Shown here in pieces: positions 25,958 through 35,099 of a stretch of 64,000 bases of DNA; position 1 is the stretch's first letter; every line of letters begins with the position of its first letter. Under the pieces are notes generated by a model that ran no database searches, was not told where the DNA came from, and saw only the letters and a program-made list of their open reading frames with translations. This DNA is from an uncultured Gammaproteobacteria bacterium (GTDB lineage: Bacteria; Patescibacteriota; Microgenomatia; Levybacterales; UBA12049), in assembly GCA_964564035.1 (NCBI GenBank), contig CAZLZN010000002.1:20898-84897 (forward strand), given 5' to 3'. The position numbers and the translations under genes were made by a program.

Positions 25958-27750
25958 ATCAATTGTCCTTTGGCCGCGTTTATTATCATATTTACATTTT
26001 CAGTTTCGCTGACATTTTCTGTACTTACTATTATATCCGCGCTCTTTCTATAAATTTCAATTCGTTGATCATGTAAATGCGTTACTTCATCAATTATACT
26101 TGTTTTGTCTGTCAAAGGCGGCCTGTTTTTATCGCCTGATATACGCCCGGCAAGAGTTTCGATACTTGTGTCCAGAAAAACAATGAGTCCGGTTCGTTTC
26201 ATAAGTTTTATGTTTTCCGGATTTAAAATTATTCCTCCGCCGGTCGAAATTATACATCTGCGTTTATCCGATAACTTCCTTAAAACTTTTGATTCAATTT
26301 TTCTAAAATCATCCCATCCGTTTTTTTCCACAAATTCCGAAATAGAACTCCCTATCTCATGAGATATAATTTCATCTGTATCAATAAAATTTTTAGTTAA
26401 TTTTTTAGCAAGCAATCGCCCTATTGCTGTTTTGCCGCTGCCCCTCATACCTATTAGATATATGTTATCAAAAAAAATATTTGTCTTTATTCCTAATTCA
26501 TTCAGTTTATCCCAAAAATCCGGAAAAGTTTTATTTACCACATCCGGGTCATTTATTGTTATTCCCTCAATCTCTGCGCCGGCAACTGCAAATGACATAG
26601 CCATTCTATGATCGCTATAAGTATCTATCTCGGCTCTCACCGGCATGCCGCCTTTTATCTCCAGAGTGTCATCGGTAGAATGAGTCTCAATGTTCATCTT
26701 GGCAAGTTCGTTTTCTACTGCTTTAACCCGTTCTGTTTCTTTTATCCTCAAAGACTGTACGCCTTTCAAGACCGATGTCCCCTTTGCAAACGCGCAAAGT
26801 ACAGCAACAGTTTGGGCTTGATCGGGAAAATCAATCATGTCCCATTCTATTGCTTTTACGCCGCGGCCCTTTATTTCAATTTTATTTTTTCCATATTTCA
26901 TGTTAGACCCCATATATTCCATAATTTTGATAAGCCGACTGTCAGCCTGAGCGGAATTGGGGTTCAGATTTTTCAACACAAAATTTGATTTGGTCAGAGC
27001 CGCGATCGCCAAAAAATAACCCGCGCTGGAATAATCGCCTTCAACAACATATTTTATTCCTACATATTTTTGATTATTTTTTATAATAAACTCATGGTAG
27101 TTATTGTTTTCCGTAACTACACCGAAATTCCTCATAATATCAATTGTCATATCAATATAAGGCTTTGATATCGAAGTATTTGTAGTTGTTATTTTTTTAA
27201 ATCCGCAAAGCGGCGCGCACATAAGCAGAGCAGAAATATATTGACTGCTGACACTGCTGTCCAGAGCTATTTCTGATTTATTAAGTGTTTTATACTTAAT
27301 AAGTAGCGGCGGATAACCTGCTTTATTCATATATTTAATTTCGGCGCCGGCCTGTATGAGTGCGTCCGCGAGTATTTTTATAGGGCGCTTATTCAATCCC
27401 TCATTTCCCTCAAGCACTTTCTCGCCAGGTACGACACATAAAAAAGGAAGCAAAAACCTTATCGTGGTACCTGATAAATTGGCATTTAGGTAATATTTCT
27501 GATCTGTTATATCTTTATATGACCCGTTCACAATTATTTTGTCCGGTGTATAATTGATTTCAATTCCCAGATCCTTCAGGCAGTTCAAAAGCGCGTAAGT
27601 ATCATCTGACAGCAGAGGATTTACGATCTCTACCTTACCCTCGGTCATCGCGGCAATTATAAGAGCGCGGTTTGTGTAACTTTTAGAACCCGGAATATTT
27701 ATTGCCGCCTTTATAGGTCCGTTAACGGGATTTAGTTTTAATATTTTCAT
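25954..27750 (-). CDS. aroA: fused 3-phosphoshikimate 1-carboxyvinyltransferase (EPSP synthase) / shikimate kinase
   Basis: aa 1 to about 424 are EPSP synthase (PGSKSYTNRALIIAA, RIKETERV, DHRMAMSFAVA). aa about 428-598 are shikimate kinase (GMRGSGKT Walker A, DTD, STGGG). Junction near nt 26478. Confidence 0.88.
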   Translation of the reverse strand: MKILKLNPVNGPIKAAINIPGSKSYTNRALIIAAMTEGKVEIVNPLLSDDTYALLNCLKDLGIEINYTPDKIIVNGSYKDITDQKYYLNANLSGTTIRFLLPFLCVVPGEKVLEGNEGLNKRPIKILADALIQAGAEIKYMNKAGYPPLLIKYKTLNKSEIALDSSVSSQYISALLMCAPLCGFKKITTTNTSISKPYIDMTIDIMRNFGVVTENNNYHEFIIKNNQKYVGIKYVVEGDYSSAGYFLAIAALTKSNFVLKNLNPNSAQADSRLIKIMEYMGSNMKYGKNKIEIKGRGVKAIEWDMIDFPDQAQTVAVLCAFAKGTSVLKGVQSLRIKETERVKAVENELAKMNIETHSTDDTLEIKGGMPVRAEIDTYSDHRMAMSFAVAGAEIEGITINDPDVVNKTFPDFWDKLNELGIKTNIFFDNIYLIGMRGSGKTAIGRLLAKKLTKNFIDTDEIISHEIGSSISEFVEKNGWDDFRKIESKVLRKLSDKRRCIISTGGGIILNPENIKLMKRTGLIVFLDTSIETLAGRISGDKNRPPLTDKTSIIDEVTHLHDQRIEIYRKSADIIVSTENVSETENVNMIINAAKGQLI

Positions 27751-27758
27751 GTGAGTAT

Positions 27759-28550
27759 TTATGCAGACCGGATGCTAGATATAAAATTGTTTATATTTTT
27801 GAGTATGTCCTCTTTTTTTGAATTATTTATAATTTCGATTATAGCACTTCCGATTACTACAGCATCCGATATACCTATTAATGCTTTGACATGTTCGCGC
27901 TTGGAAATCCCGAATCCTGCTGCAATCGGCAGATCCGTATATTTTTTTATATTTTCGATTTTATTTTGGATATCCGCGGCAAGCGAATTCTTTGCTCCGG
28001 TAATTCCCTGTCTGGCGGTAAAATAAATAAATCCTCTCGCCTGCTCAATATTTTTGATAATTCTCTCTCTTGTCGAAGAAGGCGAAAGGACTTGAATATT
28101 TGCAATGTTTTGTTCTCTGCAATGTTTATAAAAATGCTCTTCATTTTCTTCGTCGATCGGCATATCCGGTACAATAATCCCGCTGGCTCCCGCGTTTTTT
28201 GCGTCTATACAGAACCTTTCAACTCCGTATTTAAAAATAGTATTATAATACGACATAAAGAGAAGCGGTACTTCTGTAGATTTGGACAATTTCTCCATGA
28301 GCCGGAATGCATCTTTCACTCTTGTGCCTTGTTCAAGCGATTTCTCACAAGCCTTCATAATTGTCGGCCCGTCCGCGATAGGATCGGAAAAAGGGATTTG
28401 AAGTTCTACAAAATCCGCGCCGCCCTTTATCATCTCAAGAACTATTTTCTCAGTCATTTCGAGATCAGGATAACCGATAACCACATGAGTCATTAATCCT
28501 ATCCGTTTTTCGCTTTTAATTAATTCAAATTGTCTATCTATCTTGCTCAT
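27759..28550 (-). CDS. trpA: tryptophan synthase alpha chain
   Basis: ELQIPFSDPIADGPTI and GFGIS. Confidence 0.9.
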   Translation of the reverse strand: MSKIDRQFELIKSEKRIGLMTHVVIGYPDLEMTEKIVLEMIKGGADFVELQIPFSDPIADGPTIMKACEKSLEQGTRVKDAFRLMEKLSKSTEVPLLFMSYYNTIFKYGVERFCIDAKNAGASGIIVPDMPIDEENEEHFYKHCREQNIANIQVLSPSSTRERIIKNIEQARGFIYFTARQGITGAKNSLAADIQNKIENIKKYTDLPIAAGFGISKREHVKALIGISDAVVIGSAIIEIINNSKKEDILKNINNFISSIRSA

Positions 28551-28662
28551 AAATTAAGATCAAAACCTAAAAATCATACAACAAACCCCCGTTTAAAGAT
28601 TAAAAAATACATTTTTGAGCTTTGGGTTAGGATTTGCATTTTGATCTTTGATTTTTGCGTTG

Positions 28663-29874
28663 TCATTTATTTTTTACAAATTGTTTAAGGAATTCATAAA
28701 ATTTTTCATCATTGAATGCTTCCGCTAATATAAACAAATCCTTATCTCCCCTCCCCGATAGATTAATGACCAAAACATCGCTTTTCTTCATTCCCGGAGC
28801 AATTTTTATCGCGTATGCCGCCGCGTGTGCCGATTCAAGTGCCGGAATTATCCCCTCATTTTTCGCGAGAACTTTGACGCCTCTAAGTGCATCCTCGTCA
28901 GTCGCGTTTACAAATTCAACTCTTTTGTTGTCATGAAGAAAGCTCAGCTCGGGGCCTATTCCCGGATAGTCAAGCCCTGCGCTTATACTATGCGTTTTCT
29001 GCAGTTGTCCGTCATCATCCTGTAAAAAATAAGATTTATATCCCTCTATTACACCGACAGTCCCGTTTGGAAACCTTGTTGCACTTTCTCCAATATTTTT
29101 ACCCCTTCCTCCGGCTTCAACTCCAATCAGCATGACGCTTTTATCACTTATAAAATCATAAAAAGCTCCCATCGCATTGCTTCCTCCGCCGACACAGGCA
29201 ATTACCGCGTCGGGCAATTTACCCTCTGCCTCTCTTAACTGAGATTTAATTTCACGGCCCACCACCGATTGAAAATCGCGGTTAATTGTAGGAAATGGGT
29301 GCGGTCCGACAACCGACCCCAGTACATAATGTGTATCATTAACATTTTCGATCCAGTCTTTGATAGCGGCATTGACCGCGTCCTTCAAAGTCTTACTGCC
29401 GAAAGTAACAGGTCTTACTTCCGCTCCGAGCTGTTCCATTATAAATACATTGGGTCTCTGTCTCTTAATATCTTCCTCGCCCATATAAACTGTGCATGAG
29501 AACCCAAGTTTTGCGGCAACCGTCGCGGTCGCGACTCCATGCTGGCCTGCGCCTGTTTCGGCAATAAGTCTTTTTTTACCGATTCTTTTTGCCAGTAGCC
29601 CCTGTCCGATACAGTGAGTAATCTTGTGGGCTCCGGTATGATTCAGGCCTTCATTTTTGAAATAAATTTTTGCGCCGCCTAATTTTTCTGTTAAGTTTTT
29701 AGCAAATACCAGAGGCGTTGGTCTCCCGGCAAAATTATTTAAAAGCGAGTGAAATTCATCATTAAATCCTCTATCTTGTTTTGCGCTTTCATACGCGCCC
29801 TCCAGCTCTTCCAGTGCTGGGATAAGCATTTCAGGCACATATCTACCTCCGTATTTTCCAAAATGTCCGTTCAT
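28663..29874 (-). CDS. trpB: tryptophan synthase beta chain
   Basis: [11 protein letters not shown] (PLP Lys), GGGSNAMG and [10 protein letters not shown]. Confidence 0.93.
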   Translation of the reverse strand: MNGHFGKYGGRYVPEMLIPALEELEGAYESAKQDRGFNDEFHSLLNNFAGRPTPLVFAKNLTEKLGGAKIYFKNEGLNHTGAHKITHCIGQGLLAKRIGKKRLIAETGAGQHGVATATVAAKLGFSCTVYMGEEDIKRQRPNVFIMEQLGAEVRPVTFGSKTLKDAVNAAIKDWIENVNDTHYVLGSVVGPHPFPTINRDFQSVVGREIKSQLREAEGKLPDAVIACVGGGSNAMGAFYDFISDKSVMLIGVEAGGRGKNIGESATRFPNGTVGVIEGYKSYFLQDDDGQLQKTHSISAGLDYPGIGPELSFLHDNKRVEFVNATDEDALRGVKVLAKNEGIIPALESAHAAAYAIKIAPGMKKSDVLVINLSGRGDKDLFILAEAFNDEKFYEFLKQFVKNK

Positions 29875-31253
29875 AAATCTACTCCTTTTGCATTCATTAT
29901 AAATTTTTTCAATTTTTGCTTGGTCTTTATACCATTTGTTTCAACCCCGCCAGCGATGTCTACGGCATAAGGTTTTATTTTTTTTACAATCTCTGACACA
30001 TTTTCAGGTGTCAAGCCGCCCGCAAAAAAAACATTATACTTCCCGGCTATTTTTTTTGCTTTCTCCAAATCAAACATTTTTCCGCTTCCCTGCTTTATCC
30101 TGTCAAGCAATAAATATTCGCATCCAAAGTCCAAAATCTTATCCGAATCATTGATACTCTTTATTATTTGATTTTTATTTAAAAGTTTTACAAACTCTTT
30201 CGTTTCTTCTCCATGTAATTGTACAAAATCAGGCCGCAGTTTGTCAGTAATTTTATTTATTTCAACAGCGCTCTGATTTTGAAAAATCGCTGCTGTTTTT
30301 ATATTTCTCCCAACTTTTTTAATTATTTTGTCTGCGTCTGCGGGAGTTATATATCTTTTTGATGTTTTTACAAAATTAAATCCGAGTATATCTGCCCCGC
30401 TATTGATAGCGTCTATGGCTTCACTCATTGTTCTTATTCCGCATATTTTGACCTTTGTTTCATTTCGGAATCTCAAAGATAACAAAAAGCGCTCTATGTT
30501 CTCGGTCTTCATCAGGCTTGTGCCGACGAGTACTCCGTCTGCGCCAGAGTCTTTATAACATACGACTTCTTTTTGAGAATTTATTCCTGAAAATGCGAGC
30601 TTAATATATTTCTCCGGAATACTCCTCAGTAATTTCTGAGCGCTTTCTATGTTTATTGTCAAATCCTCCAGATTTCTTGAATTAACTGCGATAATCCTCG
30701 TATTTGTAGCTTTTGCTTTTTGCAAATCTTCAAGATCATTTATTTCAACAACCGGCTCTACTCCGTACTTTCTGCATAGATCAACAAATCGAATAAGCCT
30801 CTCAGTATCCAAAATTTTCGCGATCAGGAGAAGTGCATCCGCGCCGTTATTACTCGACTCAATTATTTGTGATTCATCTATTACGAAATCTTTTTGCAGT
30901 ACCGGCAATTTGACAGCTTTTTTAATTTTTGCGATATACTTAATATCGCCACCGAAAAAAGTTTTATCTGTAATATAAGAGATCGCATCGGCGTCTGATT
31001 GTTCGTAGCGCTTCACGCGTTTTATGATATCGCGCACATTTCCGAGATTGCGGTCGGTAGGAGAGGCAGTTTTTATCTCTGCAATTATGAATATTTTACC
31101 TCTCTCTGTTCGCTCTTGTATACTGCTATAAAATAAACCGGGTTTTTTGCGCGATGTGTTACTTGTTCTCTTTAGATACTTTTTATGTTTAATTTCCTCT
31201 TTCTTAATTTCGAGAACTTTCTCGAGAAAATTATTTTTAGATGTTTGTTTCAT
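29871..31253 (-). CDS. trpC: bifunctional indole-3-glycerol-phosphate synthase / phosphoribosylanthranilate isomerase
   Basis: N-terminal half [11 protein letters not shown]...[11 protein letters not shown] (TrpC). C-terminal half KVKICGIRT...QLHGEE (TrpF). Confidence 0.88.
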   Translation of the reverse strand: MKQTSKNNFLEKVLEIKKEEIKHKKYLKRTSNTSRKKPGLFYSSIQERTERGKIFIIAEIKTASPTDRNLGNVRDIIKRVKRYEQSDADAISYITDKTFFGGDIKYIAKIKKAVKLPVLQKDFVIDESQIIESSNNGADALLLIAKILDTERLIRFVDLCRKYGVEPVVEINDLEDLQKAKATNTRIIAVNSRNLEDLTINIESAQKLLRSIPEKYIKLAFSGINSQKEVVCYKDSGADGVLVGTSLMKTENIERFLLSLRFRNETKVKICGIRTMSEAIDAINSGADILGFNFVKTSKRYITPADADKIIKKVGRNIKTAAIFQNQSAVEINKITDKLRPDFVQLHGEETKEFVKLLNKNQIIKSINDSDKILDFGCEYLLLDRIKQGSGKMFDLEKAKKIAGKYNVFFAGGLTPENVSEIVKKIKPYAVDIAGGVETNGIKTKQKLKKFIMNAKGVDL

Positions 31254-32247
31254 AAATTAACCTGTTCAGGGCTTTTTTCGCAAATCCCTTATCTATAGAT
31301 TTCTTTGCAAGATCAATCCCTTCACTGATATCTTTTGCTTTGTCTGCGCAAAGCAGAGCAAAAGCGCTATTGATTATGACGGCACTACTCATCACGCTTT
31401 TCTCGCCGTCCAAAATATTCTTAGTAATCTCGGCGTTTACTTTTACGCCTCCTCCCAGCAGTTCTTTTTTATCTATTAGATCAAATCCGTAATCTCTGGG
31501 ATCAAATATATATTCCTTTATTTTATTTGATTTGATATCTAATACATGAGTTTTAGATGATAAACTCACCTCATCAAGTCCGTCCTCACTTGTTATGATC
31601 ATTAGTCTTTCATAGCCCAGCGACAAAGAAGCTTTCGCTAGCTTACGGGCTGTCGCGAGATCCGGCACTCCTATCAGTTGACGTGTCGTTCCCGCGGGAT
31701 TCACAAACGGTCCCAAGTAATTAAAAACCGTAGGAAACCCGAGCTCTTTTCTAACCGTTATCACATTTTTAAGCGCGGAGTGATACAAGGGAGCAAATAA
31801 AAATACCAGTCCGGTTTGGTCAAGTACTCTCTGAGCTTTCTCGGGCGCTATATTAATATGTACGCCCAGTTCCTCAAGGACATCGGCGCTTCCGCATTTA
31901 CTGCTTGCCGATCTGTTTCCATGTTTGGCAACGACAGCACCGGCCCCTGCCGCGACAAACGCTGATGTGGTTGATATATTAAAGGTTCCGCTTTTGTCTC
32001 CGCCGGTTCCGCATAAATCTATAGCACCTTTATTGGATTTAATAGTAATCATATTATCCCGCATCGCCAGTATAAAACCCTTAATCTCCTCAGTGGATGC
32101 GCCTTTTATTTTAAGCGCGGTAAGTATGGCAGATGTCTGCACCTGTGTTATCCGTCCGGCGATAATTTCCTGCAGTAAAAACCCCGCCTCTTCGGCTGTA
32201 ATGTCTTGTAAATTTATAAGACGGTTTATTAACGATTTATATTCCAT
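31237..32247 (-). CDS. trpD: anthranilate phosphoribosyltransferase
   Basis: CGTGGDKSGTFNISTTSAFVAA. Start placed at MEYKSL (ATG 32247), 1 nt after the trpG stop. The longer ORF would overlap trpG. Confidence 0.9.
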   Translation of the reverse strand: MEYKSLINRLINLQDITAEEAGFLLQEIIAGRITQVQTSAILTALKIKGASTEEIKGFILAMRDNMITIKSNKGAIDLCGTGGDKSGTFNISTTSAFVAAGAGAVVAKHGNRSASSKCGSADVLEELGVHINIAPEKAQRVLDQTGLVFLFAPLYHSALKNVITVRKELGFPTVFNYLGPFVNPAGTTRQLIGVPDLATARKLAKASLSLGYERLMIITSEDGLDEVSLSSKTHVLDIKSNKIKEYIFDPRDYGFDLIDKKELLGGGVKVNAEITKNILDGEKSVMSSAVIINSAFALLCADKAKDISEGIDLAKKSIDKGFAKKALNRLIYETNI

Positions 32248-32248
32248 A

Positions 32249-32902
32249 TTAGTGATTATTAAACAAGAAGTTTTCAAGCATTTTTCGCCCCGCGTCAGTC
32301 GCGAAAGATTCCGGATGAAACTGTATGCCTTCAATGGGATACTCTATATGCCTCAACCCCATAATCTCATTATTATCTTTATATATCTTTGATTTTTGAT
32401 CTTTGCTTTTTGATTTTGGATCGGAATTCCTCACCGTCGCAGTTATTTCGAGTTCATTTGGTAAATTGTTGCCTTCAACAATCAAACTATGGTATCTCAT
32501 TACCTCAAGTCCCTGAGGTAAACCTTTAAAAACTCCCCGACCGTCATGGGTTATTATACTGGTCTTGCCGTGCATCGGCTTCCGGGCCCGTACAACCTTG
32601 CCCCCAAAATAATGAGCTATCCCCTGCATCCCTAAGCAAACTCCCAAAACCGGAGTTGTTTTACCGATATCGGTAATTACTTTTGAACAAACACCGAAAT
32701 ATTTCTCGTCCGACGGGTCCCCGGGTCCCGGAGATATTATTATTCTGTCGTAAGCACTAGTCTTGATTTCTTCAATAGATATTTCGTCATTTCTTTTTAC
32801 ATCGAGCAAAAAATCACCGCCGCGCTCTGTCAAAAGTACCCCGGCATATTGATACAAGTTATATGTGAAAGAATCGTAATTATCTATAATAAGTACTTTC
32901 AT
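32249..32902 (-). CDS. trpG: anthranilate synthase component II (glutamine amidotransferase)
   Basis: GVCLGMQ (nucleophile Cys) and IQFHPES. It carries a Lys/Ser-rich insert (DPKSKSKDQKSKIYK). Confidence 0.88.
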   Translation of the reverse strand: MKVLIIDNYDSFTYNLYQYAGVLLTERGGDFLLDVKRNDEISIEEIKTSAYDRIIISPGPGDPSDEKYFGVCSKVITDIGKTTPVLGVCLGMQGIAHYFGGKVVRARKPMHGKTSIITHDGRGVFKGLPQGLEVMRYHSLIVEGNNLPNELEITATVRNSDPKSKSKDQKSKIYKDNNEIMGLRHIEYPIEGIQFHPESFATDAGRKMLENFLFNNH

Positions 32903-34251
32903 ACGTTCAAAATTATTTTCATTGCTTTGGATTTTCTCATTATTTCATCATATTCCCGCTCGGGATCTGAATCATACACTATTCCGCTGCTGGTCTGTGT
33001 ATACGAGTATTCACCGGATATGTATAAGGACCTGAGTGAAAGCGCGAAAGTACAGTCGCCATTGAATCCGAAATGACCTACTCCTCCTCCATAAGGACCT
33101 CGCGCCGCCGGCTCGTTCTCATCGATTATCTTAATCGTCTCGACTTTTGGTGTGCCGCAAACCGTACCCATAGGAAATTGGCTTGCAAGTCCCGAAAACA
33201 TATCATCCTCCGGCCTGATAAGCCCCGAAATCTCACTGGAAATATGCTGAACGTGACTGAATTTCTTAACTGTCATCAAATCCCGGATCTTAACACTCCC
33301 GAATTTCGCTACTTTGCCTATATCATTGCGGTGCAGATCTACAAGCATATTATGCTCCGCGATTTCTTTCGGATCATTAAGCAAAGTTCTTGCAAGCATT
33401 TGATCTTCTTGTTCGTCGCTGCCGCGTCTGATAGTGCCGGCCAATGGTCTCGTCGTCATCTCGCCGTCTCTTAGTGAAAAAAGCAGCTCGGGACTCGTGC
33501 CAAGTATTCTAGTATCACCAAATCTCATATAATAACTAAAAGGTGAAGGATTGACCTCTCTTAATTTTTCATAAATTTTTATCGCGTCTCCTTTGATGTT
33601 ATATTCTGATTTAAAACCGACTTCACACTGAAATGTATTTCCTGCTCTGATCTGATCCTTGACTCTTTTTACTATCTTTTTGTGCTCCGCTTTGGTTAAG
33701 CCGTCTTTTATAAATGTGATATCCGGAAATTCACTGTTTACAGATTTTTTACTTAATATTCCATTAACGGTTTCTATTCTATTTTGGCCGTAATAAAAAT
33801 AAAAAAATTCATTTGTGAGTTTGTCATAGATTATTCCGTCTGTATACACGCCGAATTTAAACATCTCAAATAAATCATGAGTTTTAATTTTGATTTTAGG
33901 TTCAAAATAATTAACAGCATCATAGGATATATAACCGACCAGGCCCCCCGCATAATTCCTGGCAATAGTTCGCTCAGGCATAATATCACGCAACGCCTCA
34001 TAAGGATTACGGTGTTTTATTTCCAAACTTCCGATCCGTAAAATATCATCTTTGGCGGATACAATTTTAACTGGTTCAAATCCGATTATAGAATATCGGG
34101 AAAACTTGCCCTCCTCGCCGAGAGACTCATAAATGAAGCTTGTGTCAAACTCGCGCTCAATTTTCTTGTATAGATCAAAAAAATCTATATCCTGTGCGAA
34201 TTTTAAATAAACCGGTTTTTGTGACAAGTCGATTTTATACATAATCATCAT
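32899..34251 (-). CDS. trpE: anthranilate synthase component I
   Basis: LFSLRDGEMTTRPLAGTIRRG and GPYGGGVGHFGFNGDCTFALSLRS. The N-terminus is MMIMYK; the real start may be the 4th codon (ATG 34242) if the mRNA is leaderless. Confidence 0.9.
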   Translation of the reverse strand: MMIMYKIDLSQKPVYLKFAQDIDFFDLYKKIEREFDTSFIYESLGEEGKFSRYSIIGFEPVKIVSAKDDILRIGSLEIKHRNPYEALRDIMPERTIARNYAGGLVGYISYDAVNYFEPKIKIKTHDLFEMFKFGVYTDGIIYDKLTNEFFYFYYGQNRIETVNGILSKKSVNSEFPDITFIKDGLTKAEHKKIVKRVKDQIRAGNTFQCEVGFKSEYNIKGDAIKIYEKLREVNPSPFSYYMRFGDTRILGTSPELLFSLRDGEMTTRPLAGTIRRGSDEQEDQMLARTLLNDPKEIAEHNMLVDLHRNDIGKVAKFGSVKIRDLMTVKKFSHVQHISSEISGLIRPEDDMFSGLASQFPMGTVCGTPKVETIKIIDENEPAARGPYGGGVGHFGFNGDCTFALSLRSLYISGEYSYTQTSSGIVYDSDPEREYDEIMRKSKAMKIILNV

Positions 34252-34279
34252 TATACTAGTACGCTAGTATATAAGTCAA
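34250..34279 (-). promoter_or_regulatory. trp operon promoter (TTGACT-18-TATAAT) with embedded tandem-CTAG inverted repeat (candidate TrpR operator)
   Basis: The minus strand reads CTTGACT TATATACTAGCGTACTAG TATAAT GATGATT ATG. Inverted repeat TATACTAG-CGTA-CTAGTATA (34252..34271) with CTAG centres 8 bp apart. Confidence 0.5.
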
Positions 34280-34432
34280 GTATGAATTTTGCATTATATT
34301 GCTTTGTTTACTATACCCCCTTGCTTTCAAAATGAAAATTCGTATAATACTGCGAAGCAATCATTTTAAGCTATTTAGTTTGATATGCTGACATAAACAA
34401 TTTTTGAAAGCTACGCAGGCATATAGCAGATT

Positions 34433-34461
34433 TTTACAAAATGATTGCGGAGTGGTATAAA
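34433..34461 (+). promoter_or_regulatory. promoter TTTACA-17-TATAAA for the XRE gene (start codon 8 nt after -10)
   Basis: TTTACA 34433..34438, 17-nt spacer, TATAAA 34456..34461, ATG at 34470. Confidence 0.4.
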
Positions 34462-34469
34462 ATAAACCT

Positions 34470-34679
34470 ATGCAAAAACACATAGTCAGTAACCAGGTCC
34501 AGAAGTTTAGGGAAAAAATTAAAATAACACAGGAAGACCTTGCGAAATCAATAGGGGTAACCAGGCAGACCATAATTGCTATAGAAAAAGGAAACTATAC
34601 CCCGTCCGTGCTTCTGGCTTTAAAAATTGCAAAATTCTTTAACACAACTGTAGAAAAATTGTTTATAATTGAATCATAA
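34470..34679 (+). CDS. XRE-family helix-turn-helix transcriptional regulator
   Basis: 69 aa. ITQEDLAKSIGVTRQTIIAIEKG is a classic Cro/CI-type HTH. Confidence 0.8.
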   Translation: MQKHIVSNQVQKFREKIKITQEDLAKSIGVTRQTIIAIEKGNYTPSVLLALKIAKFFNTTVEKLFIIES

Positions 34680-34680
34680 T

Positions 34681-35034
34681 ATGTACAAAGAAGCCGTAAG
34701 TATTTTCATAATTTTAATTATCGCGATTTTATTTCTAAATCCCGGTCATCTTACAATGCCTGAGACTATGGTCTCTATGATGATTATCGGCATAATTATT
34801 GCGTTCCTGTTTTTTGCCGCTTATTTACTAAACGAAACATCTGCTGATGAAAGAGAAGCACTGCACATCCTAAAAGCAGGCAGAATATCATATCTGTCTG
34901 GAGTAGCGATGCTGATAACTGCAATTATTATCCAGGGTATAGATCACGAAATAGATCACTGGCTGATTATTGTTTTATGCGTAATGCTATTGTCCAAACT
35001 TATCTCCCGCATTTACTCCCGCCTCAAAATGTAA
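34681..35034 (+). CDS. small integral membrane protein (partner of the XRE regulator)
   Basis: 3-4 hydrophobic helices. ATG 34681 is preferred over the listed TTG at 34669. Confidence 0.5.
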   Translation: MYKEAVSIFIILIIAILFLNPGHLTMPETMVSMMIIGIIIAFLFFAAYLLNETSADEREALHILKAGRISYLSGVAMLITAIIIQGIDHEIDHWLIIVLCVMLLSKLISRIYSRLKM

Positions 35035-35099
35035 AGAGTACTTGACATTTATATTTGTTTTGTTATACGATTAATTAAACACACAAAGGAGGTGATAAT

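Noticed and set aside
27891-28496. 201-aa ORF on the plus strand antisense to trpA. Similar long antisense ORFs lie at 52946..53545, 14455..14937, 48442..48912, 31925..32392, 8568..8999 and 26608..26988.
   Set aside because: Each lies entirely inside a gene whose product carries unmistakable family motifs (trpA, tsaC, aspS, rfbD-like/NUDIX, trpD/trpG, cca, aroA). Their translations are low-complexity (Ser/Leu/Phe/Ile-rich) and lack motifs, as expected for shadow ORFs in AT-rich DNA.
32385-32420. The A-rich 14-mer CAAAAATCAAAGAT is shared (mRNA sense) between the Lys/Ser-rich insert in trpG and the trpB-trpA spacer (28630..28660). This hints at a small mobile repeat inserted in both places.
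   Set aside because: Both regions are short-period low-complexity sequence (GATCAAA-type 7-8-mers). A 14-nt match of that composition is weak evidence, and no terminal repeats or target duplications are visible. It is mentioned only as a possible check under the spacer finding.
34361-34573. 70-aa minus-strand ORF spanning the trpE/XRE divergent intergenic region.
   Set aside because: It overlaps the well-supported XRE HTH gene on the opposite strand. It is Cys/Phe/Leu-rich with no RBS or motif.
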